A stretch of DNA of 64,000 nt. Origin: the human T2T-CHM13v2.0 reference genome, Homo sapiens. A model generated the notes under the pieces. That model saw nothing but the letters and a program-made list of their open reading frames with translations, did no database searches and was not told the origin of the DNA. Below, piece by piece: positions 63,501-64,000 of this stretch (positions are counted from its first letter, which is position 1; every line of letters starts with the position of its first letter). The position numbers and the translations under genes are program-made. The DNA lies in NCBI RefSeq assembly GCF_009914755.1, contig NC_060927.1. One strand, written 5' to 3'.

Positions 63501-64000
63501 TAATATCAATGTACCCCAAATATATATTTTATACTCTACATGAAATATCAAAGTTCAGAAACCATACATTATATACTGTACATAAAATATCAAAGTACCC
63601 AAGGTATATATTCTATAATGTACAAAAAATATCAAAGTACCCAAAGCATGTATTATATACTGTACATAAAATATGAAAGTACATCAAATATATATTTTAT
63701 TCTGTACATAAAATATCAAAGTACACCAGATATATATTCTATAGTGTACATAAAATATCAAAGTACCCAAACTATACATTATATACTGTACATAAAATAT
63801 GAAATTACATCAAATATATATTAGGTACATAAAATATGAAAGTACATCAAATATAGATTATATACTGTACATAAAATATCAAAGTACCCCAAATATATAT
63901 TATATACTCTACATGAAATATCAAATTTCACAAACTATATATTATATACTGTACATAAAATATCAAAGTACCCAAGGTATATATTCTATACTGTACAAAA

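Larger units (their letters stand above)
1..64000 (+). repeat. HSat1A (human Satellite I / SAR) tandem array: 42-bp monomers in 378/373-bp 9-mer HORs, about 170 HOR copies, extending beyond both window ends
   Basis: Seen: continuous 42-bp periodicity with alternating 17-bp (ACATAAAATATC/GAAAGT) and 25-bp subunits delimited by GTAC, about 79% AT, and a 9-monomer cycle throughout. Established: the 17+25 bp RsaI subunits, 42-bp monomer and 378-bp 9-mer define HSat1A. The chromosome cannot be assigned from the sequence alone. Confidence 0.95.

Noticed and set aside
1057-63824. The ORFs in the supplied track as protein-coding genes
   Set aside because: They are translations of the satellite: the period is divisible by 3, starts and stops follow recurrent repeat variants, and there is no recognisable domain or gene context.
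1-64000. CRISPR array (conserved 17-bp part alternating with a variable 25-bp part)
   Set aside because: The apparent spacers are homologous to each other and cycle every nine units; there is no leader, no unique spacers and no cas genes.
1-64000. Alpha satellite, CENP-B boxes, HSat2/3 or HSat1B
   Set aside because: There is no 171-bp period, no CENP-B box, no CATTC pentamers and no Alu-containing ~2.4-kb unit.
1-64000. TATA boxes or promoters in TATATA/TATAAA runs
   Set aside because: These are expected in every monomer of a ~79% AT repeat, and no site stands out.
1-64000. Inversions, transposon insertions or unique islands
   Set aside because: Reading end to end, every line fits the same-strand monomer cycle; I saw no reverse-complement block or foreign sequence.
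1-64000. Hairpins or terminators from TGTACA, GTAC and (TA)n palindromes
   Set aside because: The palindromes are short and AT-rich and intrinsic to the monomer; I saw no long inverted repeat.
1-64000. Assignment to a particular chromosome
   Set aside because: HSat1A occurs on several chromosomes and there is no unique flank here; alignment to T2T assemblies is required.

Overview
The entire 64 kb window is one uninterrupted, single-orientation, AT-rich tandem satellite. My hand-derived consensus is about 21% GC with no CpG. The basic unit is a 42-bp monomer made of a 17-bp part (ACATAAAATAT[C/G]AAAGT) and a 25-bp part (e.g. ACCCAAACTATACATTATATACTGT), separated by GTAC (RsaI) sites. Nine distinguishable monomers (M1-M9) form a 378-bp higher-order repeat (HOR), with a common 373-bp variant that lacks 5 bp in M1. 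This matches human/primate pericentromeric satellite HSat1A (classical Satellite I, Repbase SAR). I see no genes, RNA genes, transposons, CRISPR arrays or inversions, and all listed ORFs are artefacts of a stop-poor repeat whose period is divisible by 3. Diagnostic variants reveal nested structure: four sub-domains, duplications with offsets of 377, 1496, 3007, 4114, 4137/4510, 8231, 11144/10771 and 14583 bp, a 1129-bp three-HOR motif, truncated or expanded HORs with junctions in inter-monomer homology, and a probable gene-conversion patch. The most speculative functional observation is that the + strand carries about six perfect Pumilio response elements (TGTA[C/T/A]ATA) per HOR, roughly 1000 in the window. 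Offsets were obtained by hand from recurring marker variants and the ORF track, so boundaries are approximate.
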